A stretch of 64,000 bases of DNA from an uncultured Gammaproteobacteria bacterium (lineage in GTDB: Bacteria; Patescibacteriota; Patescibacteriia; UBA9934; GWF2-40-263). Each line of letters begins with the position of its first letter. The first letter of the stretch is position 1. Shown piece by piece: positions 48,101-56,946 of this stretch. The notes beneath the pieces are model-generated. The model searched no databases, had not been told where the DNA came from, and saw nothing but the letters and a program-made list of their open reading frames with translations. Both the position numbers and the translations under genes were made by a program. Where the stretch lies: NCBI GenBank assembly GCA_964402425.1, contig CAYOCD010000001.1:82934-146933 (forward strand), in the 5' to 3' direction.

Positions 48101-51100
48101 GGTATTCCAGTAAATCCCTGTGATTTAAACCAAGCCATTGGTGACAGATAATTTGGATTTGAGAGAACACGCACTCCAATAGAGTCTTTTGTTCCAGAAA
48201 CGCGGAACACTAATTCTTTCAAGACATCTGTTGTAATGAGTTGATTTACATCTGGTGTTGCATCTGTTGGAGGAAGTTCAAGAGCAGGCAGCTTCTTTCC
48301 TTCTTCTGGTTTTCCAACATCTCGACAATAGAATAAGGAGAAGTTTGTGTTCGCTCCATTTTCAACAAATGGAACCCCGTGTGCCAAATCCGGCCATGGA
48401 TTTTCACACAAGAACGCAACCTCTGACACATGACCAGATACAGCCGAACCAACCGTTGATTTTGCACTTATTGTATCTGCAGAGATTGTTGCGGTTGCAA
48501 TAACATTTCCTGAACCGTTCTTTCCAAGGGCTTTATATTGCGCTGTTTGTGCGATGCTTGGTCCAACAATTCCTAAAATATCCATTTTAGTTGCCGTATC
48601 TTTCACGTTTGCAGCCCAGACCCACGTCCAAGCGTATACACCTGAAATTGAAGAGATTTCTTCAAGTGTTCCTGTGTTTTTGCGATAAGAAAACGGCTTT
48701 GTTGTAAATGCGTGGACTTCATTTGTCTTAGAATAATATCCGGGGCTCTTTGAGAGATACGAAGGTGGAGTTGGGGTGATTCCACCATCTGTTGTTTCCA
48801 CAACGTCAAGCAAACAAACATCCGCACCGGTTGTGAAAGTACTTGAGAGAGAAACAACGGAGCAAGTTGTGCCATTGTCACCAAGACAAACACTGACCTT
48901 GTTTTTACTAAGAACTCCCTTTGACGTTTCTCCGTTTTTTGTTTTTACCGTCAATTTATATTGCGCATTTGGAAGTAATTGTTCTGTGTAACGAAGATAA
49001 ACTTGATGTGTACCTGGGTCTTGTTCAAACGAAACAGGAACAAAACATTGCGTGGTTGCATTTGCCATGGCAGATTGCCCAAAAGCATCTTTAACCCAAT
49101 TCCAAACAAAAGAGAAAATATTTTTTGCACGCATGAATCCAACAGGCTTTGGATAATACGGACAGTTAACTGCTGTTACAGCCTCATTGATACCTAAACT
49201 ATTTTTCTTCGTAATCAGCTCAAGCTGAAGATTTGGATCTGTTTCTGCCGCACTTAATTTTCCATCTCCGTCAGTATCTACGGAACCAAACGTACTCGCA
49301 TCCATTTCTTGATCAAACGCAATGGAAATAGCCGTATTGCGACAAATGTTTGTTGCATTATTTCCAGGAACCATCGCTGTAATCGTTGGGCGCTCAAAAC
49401 AACACTTTTCCACACCGCAACCAAGCGATTTTGAAGATTCCCCTGTTTTTGTTCCACACTGATTATCGGAAGCACAGGAACAAAGCAATTTCACTTCGCC
49501 TGTACCTGTCTTTCCTCCAACGGAGACCTGTACATTTGAAACAGCATATCCGTATGTTGCTTTTTTCTCATCTTTTTCTACCTCAAGCGACGCTCCACTT
49601 GAAACTTCTGCAACACCATAAGCACCAACGGTATATGTTGCGGAAGCAGCTGCTTCACACTGCTCGCCCGGTTCAAGAGCTCCCCCATTTCCACAAACAG
49701 AAGGGATAGCATAATTTGGATTTGAACCCATCTTTAAACAACTCTTTGAACATCCAGGAGCGATAGATCCAACACCAAGATCACATCCTGCATCTTCCCC
49801 GGAATCTGTAACACCGTTTCCACAGACAAATTTTGCTGGATCTTTTCCAGGACTTGTTCCGCGATTCAAACAAAGATCTGTACAAGCCACTGTGGTACGA
49901 ACCTCACATTTTGAACCATCCTGACACGCTGCACCACCAATGGTACAGACAGCCCCATCCGCACAATGCGTTCCTGGATCACATGTCTCTCCAACACTAG
50001 CAATTCCATCTCCACAACGTGCATTTGAATACGCAACAACACCTCCTTCAAACAAACAATTTGAGGAACATCCATCTCCTTCTTTTATGTTTCCGTCATC
50101 ACAGGCTTCCCCACCATTTGTCTTTGAGTTATCAGCAACTCCGTCTCCACAAATAGATTTAATAGAGGAAACCCCTTCAAACAAACACTTTGCAGAACAT
50201 CCATCTCCACCCAAAACTTTTCCATCATCACATTGTTCACCCGCATCCACAACGTTATTTCCACACGTTGGAGCAACCGTTCCTTCTTTCAAACAACTTG
50301 ATGAACAGCCGTCTTTGTCATTTGTGTTTCCATCATCACAAGACTCCCCGTAATTTACTGCCCCATTTCCACAAACAGCTTGTCCGACTTTGATTGGGTT
50401 TCCTGTATACAAACAGTTTCCTCCACACATTTTTGGGAGTGTGTTTGTAAGAGCAAGCGAACCATTATTCAACAAAAACGCAGTGATCTCATTGTATTTA
50501 TGATCTGCTCCTATTACATACGATGCTGCACCGATCTTGTTTGGTGTATCTGTTGCACCCCATCCACCCCATCCACTTGCTTGCAAGGCTTGCCCTGTTA
50601 CAGAACATTCGTCCGGAGCTCCATATGCAATCGCGTTGTATTCTTGACGTTGACCAACATATTTAAGTATTGCCGACTTTGGAGAAAGCCCAACACGATC
50701 AACGGCACATGAGGTGAGCGAATCTTTTGACTTAAATTTCCAAGAAAACGCACCTGGATAAAATTTATTTTCAGGAGTTCCGTAATTAGATCCAGATTCT
50801 GAAAGAGATGAGGACACACTCGATTTAATCCAATCTGCGACAACAACTCGATACCACGTATTTGACACAAACGCAGCGCCATCTGTCACAATTGATGCTC
50901 GATATGTTGCAGAATCATATATGACACTCGTAACATGATTCCATGCGGTCAACTGACTCTTTTCACAAAGGGCATTTTCACATTGAAAAATACGAATTGC
51001 ACCCGCAATATTAAAGACAGCTGGATTCATTGGAACATTAAATGAAACCCACGGCTTCACGTTTGCACATGCGGCAGAACAGTTTGGAAAATAATCACTT

Positions 51101-54100
51101 ACTTTTGGTGTTGCAAGCGCGATGGTCAGAAGTCCTTTATTCGTTGGTTTATTTCCAACATCCGTAACCGTTGCACTAATTTCTGCAGGGATTCCAATAG
51201 GGGTGTTATAAAGAGGATTGACATTTACGGTACAAACACCGGCTGCAGGATTACTTGTTAATGTGTCACCCGGTAGGAATTTTGCTGCCTGTTGTGAAGA
51301 ACTCCAACTTACCGAATGTCCAGCACACGCAAGCACAACACACTTGTCTTTGTTTGAAAGTAATTGTGCAAGATATCCAACAGCATCTCCGGCATTTTTT
51401 GCCGTGAACGTTGCTGGAGAAACACTCACTCCACCAACACCACATGGCGCATTTGAGGAGGATGTTCTGAATTCCCAAGAATAATCTTTTGCCATGGAAG
51501 CACCCGAAACAAGTCCATTCACCTTAGATTTTACCCCACCCCCAGGAGCAGATGCCCCTTTGATGGTAACGCGATGCAAAGTACTTGTATCAAAATGATT
51601 ATTTGGAGACCATTGAAATGTATATTCACCTGGTGTCTGAAAAGAACCTGGCACCACTTGCCAATCTGCTGCTACACATGTTCCATTTACCTCTTTGGCT
51701 ATTGGACATTTTTCTATAACGATATTTGTGTTTCCGATACCGATCGTTGCAGGATCCATTGGAACCGCAAACGAAGCTGTCACTGCAGCTGAAACACAGA
51801 TATCATTTTGCGTACTCCAAAGTGGTGATGGGGATGGTGATGGCTTTGGAAATTTTGGATCCGCACAATTCACAACAACCGTTGGCGCAACAGGAATTGG
51901 GCTCGTTGAAACCTTGTAAACAAATTGAGAAAATTTCGGCCCATCGCTTGGACAGGCTTGGCCTACAAGTGAACACGAGCCATCTCCACAGCATGCCTGA
52001 CCAGCCGTACAGAGACTTGGAGTTTGCAGACAATTTCCAACCGCAAAATTTACCGAGTTTGATTGTTTCAGCGCAGCATCTACCACATAAACAGGACCTG
52101 ACTTTGTTCCAACAGGAACGCTCGCTGATCCGATTTCAGTTCCTGTCCAGGAACCAGGATCTTCGGAAAGATTTGTTGTAAACACAACCGCTCCTTTTTG
52201 ATCTCCAAAATTTTCTCCAAAAATATCAATCGATGTTCCGGCAGGACCCGCGTTTTTGCTTAAAAGACAAATTCCTGGTGTTGGTTTTCCATCCACAACG
52301 GTAAATGGTTTTGCATCAGAAGCATTTCCGGTCTGAGGCACAACACTCACTTCATAATTACCAGGTTTGATAGGACTCTTATCTAGATTAAATGGAACTT
52401 TTACCGTAACCGAATTAGTGTGCCAAAAAAGATCTCCACAAGCTTTTGGGAACTCTACATTTCCGTTTATAACCTCATTTGAAGTAAGATTTTTAAATTT
52501 AACGTATCCTGTAGATGACCCAAAATTGGATCCATAAATGGTTACATATTGTCCAGAAGGACCCCATGCTGACTGCGATTTACAAGAACCAGCTACGCCA
52601 CCACAATCCTTATCCGTAGAACAATATTGATTTGCTATCGCTCCTCCATTACAGACTTTCCAACCTGTATCAATTGTAGCGATCGTTGCTTTTTCTACAT
52701 TTGGTGTGTTTGTTGCAACAAATTTCTTTGTATTAGAACCAACGCGAACATCCATACATGTTCCACCCGCAGCTCCACAAGCCGTATTATCCTGACAATA
52801 TTGAAGCGTCTCAGAACACCAGGACATTCCACACTTATATGCTGCATCTACTTTTGTACAATCCGCATTTGAAAAACAAGAAAGCGCTGGACTCACTTTT
52901 GCCCCACTCGCATTCAAACAGAAATAATCACCTGTAAAAACTTGGGCATTATACGTTCCGCTTGCAACTCCTGGTACATTTCCTTTCAATTCCGTCGCTC
53001 CCCACAAAGAAGGCGTCAACTGAAAATTTGAAAGATAAACAGAAGACGAACCTTGTCCAGCACCAAACGCAAGACCAGTCAGAGTAATTAACGTATTCAC
53101 TTCCGCAGCTGGTGTAATCGAACACAAACCAGGGCGCTTAATTGCGTTTACATCAAATTTAGATATGACGGGTCCAACAGCATCATCAGTTCTTTCTGAC
53201 TGTGCTGCTGCCCCCAGAGCACCTGCTGGAATATTGATTTTTAACGGACCATCAATAGCACCAGCCGGTACTTTCACAACAATTTCCTTTTCTTTCCAAG
53301 AAGAAGTTCCGCCACACTGGAATGCGTTTGCCACTTTTGTCGTTCCATCTTTTTCTGCTCCAAGAAATTCAACCGTACCGGGCGTTGTCCCAAATCCAGA
53401 ACCTGTAATCGTGATTAAGTTTTCTACAGCACCATTGTCTGGAGAGATAGATTGAATAACAGGGACATCCTGACATCTTCCTGCAATACAAAACCCAGAA
53501 GAACATTGTGCATTACTCGTACACGCAGACGGCTTACAGAGCCCGCAAAAATATTCGCTTGTTGCGTCTCCACCACAATCACACGCATCACCAACTGCAC
53601 ATGTTCCCGTTTCTCCATACGGAGCACTTGCATCTTGCGTGCCATTGTCACAGTTTGGCGCACGAAGCATGACAGAAACTTTTCTGGAAATTTGTGTAGA
53701 TCCCGCACAATCAGTAGCCATTGCCCAAACGGCATATGACTTATTTGCAACAAATCCAACCGGAGTCCATTCTCCATTAAAAAATGCTGTTGTGAGTCCA
53801 TTTAATGCCGTAGGATTCACCGCAATAGAAGATGTATCAACAGAAGTTTCTCCGTCTGCAGCAAAAAATTCAACACTGGCCACTCCTGTATCATCAACCG
53901 TTCTTACTTGAAGTGGTTTGCTTAATCCCAAAATAGCTTTTGCTCCAGCTTGTGGTTCTACAAACGAAACTTCTTGAGGTGGTTTTGTGTCCACAACAGA
54001 GCCTGTTGTGAAATCAAACGAACAAGGATTCACTCCCCCCTCCGTCTTACAAGTAAGCGTTGCACCGCTTGCTGATTTAACTTGTGCAGGATCTACCTCA

Positions 54101-54816
54101 ACATGAAATGCGGCGTTTGGTGCAAAACAAGACAAAGATTCATTTGGAGTCGGACATTTTTCTTCTGGCGTGAACATGACTTTTCTGCCAGAAAACGTAA
54201 AAGACCCGGGAACATCCACCCCGTCTCTTGTGATCTTTATTCCCTTTTCATCTTTCACGGATTTTGAAAAAACAAGGGATAATTTAAGGTTACGAACACC
54301 CGCAGCACATTGGATAATGGACGTTGGCGGATTTAATGAGAATACAGGAGTTGGTGACGGAAACGGTGAAGTTTTTAAACAAGATAGATCTGTAGGATTT
54401 TTTTTACAAAACGCAATAATATCTGCATTCGATGTTGCTCCCACCAACTTTGAAATGACGAATTGTGCAATCGCAAACGATGACAAAACAATCACAAGAC
54501 CGATTAAACCGTTTTTAATGGAGTTCTTTGCTTTTTTGAGACGATCTTCGTTTCCACCCGCCGTCATGTACATGAATCCTCCGTACAGAACAATCATGAC
54601 CGCAATAATTCCAAGAAACGAAATGACTGTGCGAATCAAACGCGCAATAATGACGGTAATGGAAGGCCCTGTTGAAAACCCCGCGTTGGCCGCAAAAGAA
54701 GCAAACGCATCTGGATCTACAGGACTTGCAGCGAGGATTGGTTGAGCAAAAAAGATTCCCGTGCAAAGGAGAACGGTTAGAATAAACATCGATTGAAGCA
54801 ATCTGCGGAGGTTCAT
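45163..54816 (-). CDS. Giant (3217 aa) cysteine-rich cell-surface protein. N-terminal signal peptide plus two-helix membrane hairpin domain, SbsA-type Ig-like / beta-rich regions, and at least 10 Myxococcus-type cysteine-rich repeats (CGNGxxxxGExCDDGNxxxGDGCSxxC).
   Basis: Single uninterrupted ORF. N-terminus MNLRRLLQSMFILTVLLCTGIFFAQPILAAS...IIARLIRTVISFLGIIAVMIVLYGGFMYMTAGGNEDRLKKAKNSIKNGLIGLVIVLSSFAIAQFVI. Repeats such as CGNGAVNYGESCDDGNTNDKDGCSSSCLKEG, CGNNVVDAGEQCDDGKVLGGDGCSAKCLFEG and CGDGAINGGEYCDG. Confidence 0.7.
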   Translation of the reverse strand: MNLRRLLQSMFILTVLLCTGIFFAQPILAASPVDPDAFASFAANAGFSTGPSITVIIARLIRTVISFLGIIAVMIVLYGGFMYMTAGGNEDRLKKAKNSIKNGLIGLVIVLSSFAIAQFVISKLVGATSNADIIAFCKKNPTDLSCLKTSPFPSPTPVFSLNPPTSIIQCAAGVRNLKLSLVFSKSVKDEKGIKITRDGVDVPGSFTFSGRKVMFTPEEKCPTPNESLSCFAPNAAFHVEVDPAQVKSASGATLTCKTEGGVNPCSFDFTTGSVVDTKPPQEVSFVEPQAGAKAILGLSKPLQVRTVDDTGVASVEFFAADGETSVDTSSIAVNPTALNGLTTAFFNGEWTPVGFVANKSYAVWAMATDCAGSTQISRKVSVMLRAPNCDNGTQDASAPYGETGTCAVGDACDCGGDATSEYFCGLCKPSACTSNAQCSSGFCIAGRCQDVPVIQSISPDNGAVENLITITGSGFGTTPGTVEFLGAEKDGTTKVANAFQCGGTSSWKEKEIVVKVPAGAIDGPLKINIPAGALGAAAQSERTDDAVGPVISKFDVNAIKRPGLCSITPAAEVNTLITLTGLAFGAGQGSSSVYLSNFQLTPSLWGATELKGNVPGVASGTYNAQVFTGDYFCLNASGAKVSPALSCFSNADCTKVDAAYKCGMSWCSETLQYCQDNTACGAAGGTCMDVRVGSNTKKFVATNTPNVEKATIATIDTGWKVCNGGAIANQYCSTDKDCGGVAGSCKSQSAWGPSGQYVTIYGSNFGSSTGYVKFKNLTSNEVINGNVEFPKACGDLFWHTNSVTVKVPFNLDKSPIKPGNYEVSVVPQTGNASDAKPFTVVDGKPTPGICLLSKNAGPAGTSIDIFGENFGDQKGAVVFTTNLSEDPGSWTGTEIGSASVPVGTKSGPVYVVDAALKQSNSVNFAVGNCLQTPSLCTAGQACCGDGSCSLVGQACPSDGPKFSQFVYKVSTSPIPVAPTVVVNCADPKFPKPSPSPSPLWSTQNDICVSAAVTASFAVPMDPATIGIGNTNIVIEKCPIAKEVNGTCVAADWQVVPGSFQTPGEYTFQWSPNNHFDTSTLHRVTIKGASAPGGGVKSKVNGLVSGASMAKDYSWEFRTSSSNAPCGVGGVSVSPATFTAKNAGDAVGYLAQLLSNKDKCVVLACAGHSVSWSSSQQAAKFLPGDTLTSNPAAGVCTVNVNPLYNTPIGIPAEISATVTDVGNKPTNKGLLTIALATPKVSDYFPNCSAACANVKPWVSFNVPMNPAVFNIAGAIRIFQCENALCEKSQLTAWNHVTSVIYDSATYRASIVTDGAAFVSNTWYRVVVADWIKSSVSSSLSESGSNYGTPENKFYPGAFSWKFKSKDSLTSCAVDRVGLSPKSAILKYVGQRQEYNAIAYGAPDECSVTGQALQASGWGGWGATDTPNKIGAASYVIGADHKYNEITAFLLNNGSLALTNTLPKMCGGNCLYTGNPIKVGQAVCGNGAVNYGESCDDGNTNDKDGCSSSCLKEGTVAPTCGNNVVDAGEQCDDGKVLGGDGCSAKCLFEGVSSIKSICGDGVADNSKTNGGEACDDGNIKEGDGCSSNCLFEGGVVAYSNARCGDGIASVGETCDPGTHCADGAVCTIGGAACQDGSKCEVRTTVACTDLCLNRGTSPGKDPAKFVCGNGVTDSGEDAGCDLGVGSIAPGCSKSCLKMGSNPNYAIPSVCGNGGALEPGEQCEAAASATYTVGAYGVAEVSSGASLEVEKDEKKATYGYAVSNVQVSVGGKTGTGEVKLLCSCASDNQCGTKTGESSKSLGCGVEKCCFERPTITAMVPGNNATNICRNTAISIAFDQEMDASTFGSVDTDGDGKLSAAETDPNLQLELITKKNSLGINEAVTAVNCPYYPKPVGFMRAKNIFSFVWNWVKDAFGQSAMANATTQCFVPVSFEQDPGTHQVYLRYTEQLLPNAQYKLTVKTKNGETSKGVLSKNKVSVCLGDNGTTCSVVSLSSTFTTGADVCLLDVVETTDGGITPTPPSYLSKSPGYYSKTNEVHAFTTKPFSYRKNTGTLEEISSISGVYAWTWVWAANVKDTATKMDILGIVGPSIAQTAQYKALGKNGSGNVIATATISADTISAKSTVGSAVSGHVSEVAFLCENPWPDLAHGVPFVENGANTNFSLFYCRDVGKPEEGKKLPALELPPTDATPDVNQLITTDVLKELVFRVSGTKDSIGVRVLSNPNYLSPMAWFKSQGFTGIPKAAKLDGYEAVQTGTTIYAAAANRNGSNLYSNIYVISFNADAGKDAQQIFDLVLQNFRLNANDTGVTGVSHVGLCKSGSAYVPPSGPFTTCSWDGDCLDQCKPDGKCSVSDKVCNPKLGNAECAVADPNMFCDADKQKLIRDTKRLTDVTEMVTTFEKYGNTNGRCAVTKSQACVVSQNSKAGTGANSACPGTETCIPSYPTIQAGTFVPSVSNSIWPSWNSTLGNEVGGALPTDPLNQFWGQCKNVGEGYDSATCWNSAQGKSLCPNGSHVYGYQNFGGEAYVLTTELEYSTVAWNNKIDASGDQATIKAAYLNGKAPANLLPGFVSTSAYCNATVFGSSTICGDGVKGVGEDCEIGEVKSIACANNAGFINVTCKNDCKNYATDAAAEDAAKKAGGTCKPFSCGDGVIDKALGEVCDDGTALNGTYGHCGKDCKVVSNFACGDGYLAGNEQCDCGTPSNWSTLAGTSWAKSGNHCATYNGNYDKDGKNCTAECKAPGPMCGDNLINDSSEKCDGNTETYAGALNNDGTKCTASSGCPVAACAKAKICTAGTTIGAICTDDASCGAGGKCSAEQYDLTRTRTCQNYNNPSSNSCQWITNLAGGGWGACAGGPQQCGNGKKEGTEECDDGNSSSNDSCTNACKTNVCGDNFVNVGIESCDSGKANGIACNAAYGSSCNFCNQYCQYKTQSGPYCGDGAINGGEYCDGTKLNGTCTKSISADEMDLKGPCDSKDVGLTSDGTANGKKDDGSTSTWHGTSCDKGYSCRIVGTCNGGSLRGENGKKCAAYQNNCDGYCETSGSTCNWNGDCNTANNEKCIGVGTCVLPTCSSSCNSSCPTAFQKVALQVQGNVAESQPSSSITLFSLENTEGKTPDRASLLLPACRVGVGITANVSSSSSLLNAGNTVSLIAATFKDANGKYTLPQTGTSLLEIGNGLKLPLPSKFICQDAPFSLPINVKLNPTSASVTLSNIEFTYCPVN

Positions 54817-54826
54817 GTAAAAAAGA

Positions 54827-56737
54827 TTACGGTGCGATCACAGGATAGGGACACGCGGGACTTGAAACTGAGCTCGATGGTTCTCCGTTACAGCAATAAG
54901 GCTTCGTTTCATCTGTTCCGTTACAATTTTTTGCTGAACTTGCGGCTGTTGCCGCTGACGGGAACATACAAATCTGATACACACTTTTGACATCTTGTGT
55001 GACAGATGGCCAATAAGATGACCCACCTTCTGCATTTGAAATAAACGCTGGATGAGAAATATGTACGACGGATTTAGTTGGGATATCTGTTTTAAGCGCA
55101 TTCGGAAGATCTGTTTTTGATACCGAGTACCACATGGGATATTTTGGATCCGGCAACAAAGAGATGTTTGTTGCATTGACTGTTGAGGCTTTGAGCAACG
55201 TATTAAACGAAAGTGTAACATCTGCCGATACATCAATGTTTCCTTCAAGGATATCTGGTGCAAGCGCTTCAATTTTTGGAACCGTGTCATTAATGATGTT
55301 TGTTGTCTTAAAACTCCATGCGTAATCATCATTTGCTTGCGTTCCGGAACACGCAACACTATCTTTTGAACTTCCGCATGCTTTACCATCATTATTTCCG
55401 TCTAACGAATTTCCTGCGGCATCCACAACTCCATCATAACTTACCCCAGTCAAAACACCTTGTGGGACGTTTGTAGGATCAATACTTGCTGCTTTAGCCG
55501 TAACGGTTATTTGTTTTCCTCCTGGCAAACAATAAATCTTTCCACCACACGGATCTTTTCCACAATCATCTGTTGTTGTGAAACTCACTGTTTTATATCC
55601 GTTACTGATATCATAAGTACCGTTTATTGGGTTTGCTCCACCATCACTTGATGCGATACGCTGAAATGCCTTTAGCTCTCCCCCTCCCGCAAGATATGTT
55701 CCTGATACAGCGATCGGATCCATTGGTTCATTAAATGTCAGTTCTATGGAAATGTTTCGTGCAAATTCTGAAAGTGATTGACCTTCTTGTAAAGGCTTCA
55801 CGGATGGAATGACAGAAATAATCGTTGGTGGTGTTAAATCAACATTGGTTGAAACGGTGAAATTCCATCCATATCCTGCCGAATTCACACCGGTAAATGC
55901 AGCACCACCCGCTTGTTTTTCAATACTTGGTTTAAGAGCAACGGTAAAAGATGCATTTGTTTGAGGATTTCCAAGATATGTAACTGGCTTGAACACAAAT
56001 GTCTTGAAATCCTCACTCACAGTTACCACAACTTTATCACTCGCAAGTTTTGTTGTTTCACCTTTTGCTGTCTCAAAAATGGAGACGGCGTTTGTTTTTA
56101 ACTTTGTGCTACACAAAGGAACGGTTTGATTAGCTGCAACTGTATACGTACAAGGTGATTTGTAGCCATCAATAATGGTCTCAGGTTTAATTGGCTCTTT
56201 GAAGGTAACAAAGATTTTTGTGTTACGTGGAACATCTGAAGCGTTTCTGACAGGAAAATGACTTTCAAGAATACCCGCCCCAAGTGAACCCGCAAGCGGC
56301 TCTGTATATTTTTTTGCAACAGACACAATCGAGCCTGGGCCATAAGCAGCATTAAGCAATTTTCCAAGAATCCATGAAGCGATGGAATAGGAAGAAAGAA
56401 TAATGACAAGACCGATGACTGCGTTTGAAATGATCTTTTTTGCTTTTGCAACTTTTGCCAAATCTCCGGAAGCGGTCATGTACATGAACCCGGCAGAAAT
56501 AACCAAAAGAACCATCACAATTCCAAGAACCCCAAGAACTGCCCGAATGATGCGCGCAATGAAAATAGGCAAGCTTGTTTGTGGGAGTCCTGCTCCCTCA
56601 CCCAAAGACTGAAGAGCATCCGCTGCAAATACCCCGTGCGGAATCAAAAAAGATCCGATGACAACAAAGAACAGCACACCAAAAAAAGCTACTCTGTAAG
56701 CCGGAAGTTTATTTGTAAGACGGAAAAATCGCTTCAT
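54827..56737 (-). CDS. 636-aa surface protein with the same N-terminal two-helix hairpin domain as the giant protein, followed by Ig-like (SbsA_Ig-type) domains and a Cys-containing C-terminus.
   Basis: N-terminus ...FIARIIRAVLGVLGIVMVLLVISAGFMYMTASGDLAKVAKAKKIISNAVIGLVIILSSYSIASWIL. Ig-like signature TPPTIISVIP...ISIELTFNEPMDPIAV. 10-nt gap to the giant gene. Confidence 0.65.
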   Translation of the reverse strand: MKRFFRLTNKLPAYRVAFFGVLFFVVIGSFLIPHGVFAADALQSLGEGAGLPQTSLPIFIARIIRAVLGVLGIVMVLLVISAGFMYMTASGDLAKVAKAKKIISNAVIGLVIILSSYSIASWILGKLLNAAYGPGSIVSVAKKYTEPLAGSLGAGILESHFPVRNASDVPRNTKIFVTFKEPIKPETIIDGYKSPCTYTVAANQTVPLCSTKLKTNAVSIFETAKGETTKLASDKVVVTVSEDFKTFVFKPVTYLGNPQTNASFTVALKPSIEKQAGGAAFTGVNSAGYGWNFTVSTNVDLTPPTIISVIPSVKPLQEGQSLSEFARNISIELTFNEPMDPIAVSGTYLAGGGELKAFQRIASSDGGANPINGTYDISNGYKTVSFTTTDDCGKDPCGGKIYCLPGGKQITVTAKAASIDPTNVPQGVLTGVSYDGVVDAAGNSLDGNNDGKACGSSKDSVACSGTQANDDYAWSFKTTNIINDTVPKIEALAPDILEGNIDVSADVTLSFNTLLKASTVNATNISLLPDPKYPMWYSVSKTDLPNALKTDIPTKSVVHISHPAFISNAEGGSSYWPSVTQDVKSVYQICMFPSAATAASSAKNCNGTDETKPYCCNGEPSSSVSSPACPYPVIAP

Positions 56738-56809
56738 GTAATATCAAAAATACGACACAAACATTGTATCGTATTTTTCTTCAATCGAATAGAAAAAGAT
56801 GGGGATAAA

Positions 56810-56946
56810 GAGTAAGGCTATAAAGGCAATAGAGGCTTGAGATGCCGAAGGGAACAAAAAAAAGAACGCGGTCAACGCGTTCTTTATTTTCTTGTTTCTT
56901 TTTTTCGGCATCTCAAGCCTCTCCAGCATCTCTCGCCTCTCTAGCT
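56810..56946. repeat. GA-rich palindromic element H: 16-bp perfect inverted repeat GAGGCTTGAGATGCCG/CGGCATCTCAAGCCTC plus CTCTCGCCTCTC arm. Loop carries the hairpin GAACGCGGTCAACGCGTTC. Abuts the stop of the yqeY-fusion gene.
   Basis: Seen in sequence between 56737 and 56941. Confidence 0.7.

Noticed and set aside
45163-54816. Numerous internal plus- and minus-strand ORFs inside the giant gene (e.g. 47182..47748, 51726..52181, 54170..54745)
   Set aside because: They are alternative-frame or antisense products of a 9.6-kb continuous ORF whose primary frame has coherent domain repeats.
16464-56946. Possibility that the GA-rich repeats are a CRISPR array
   Set aside because: Copies are dispersed over 40 kb, are inverted-repeat palindromes of two sub-types rather than direct repeats with uniform spacers, and no cas genes are present.
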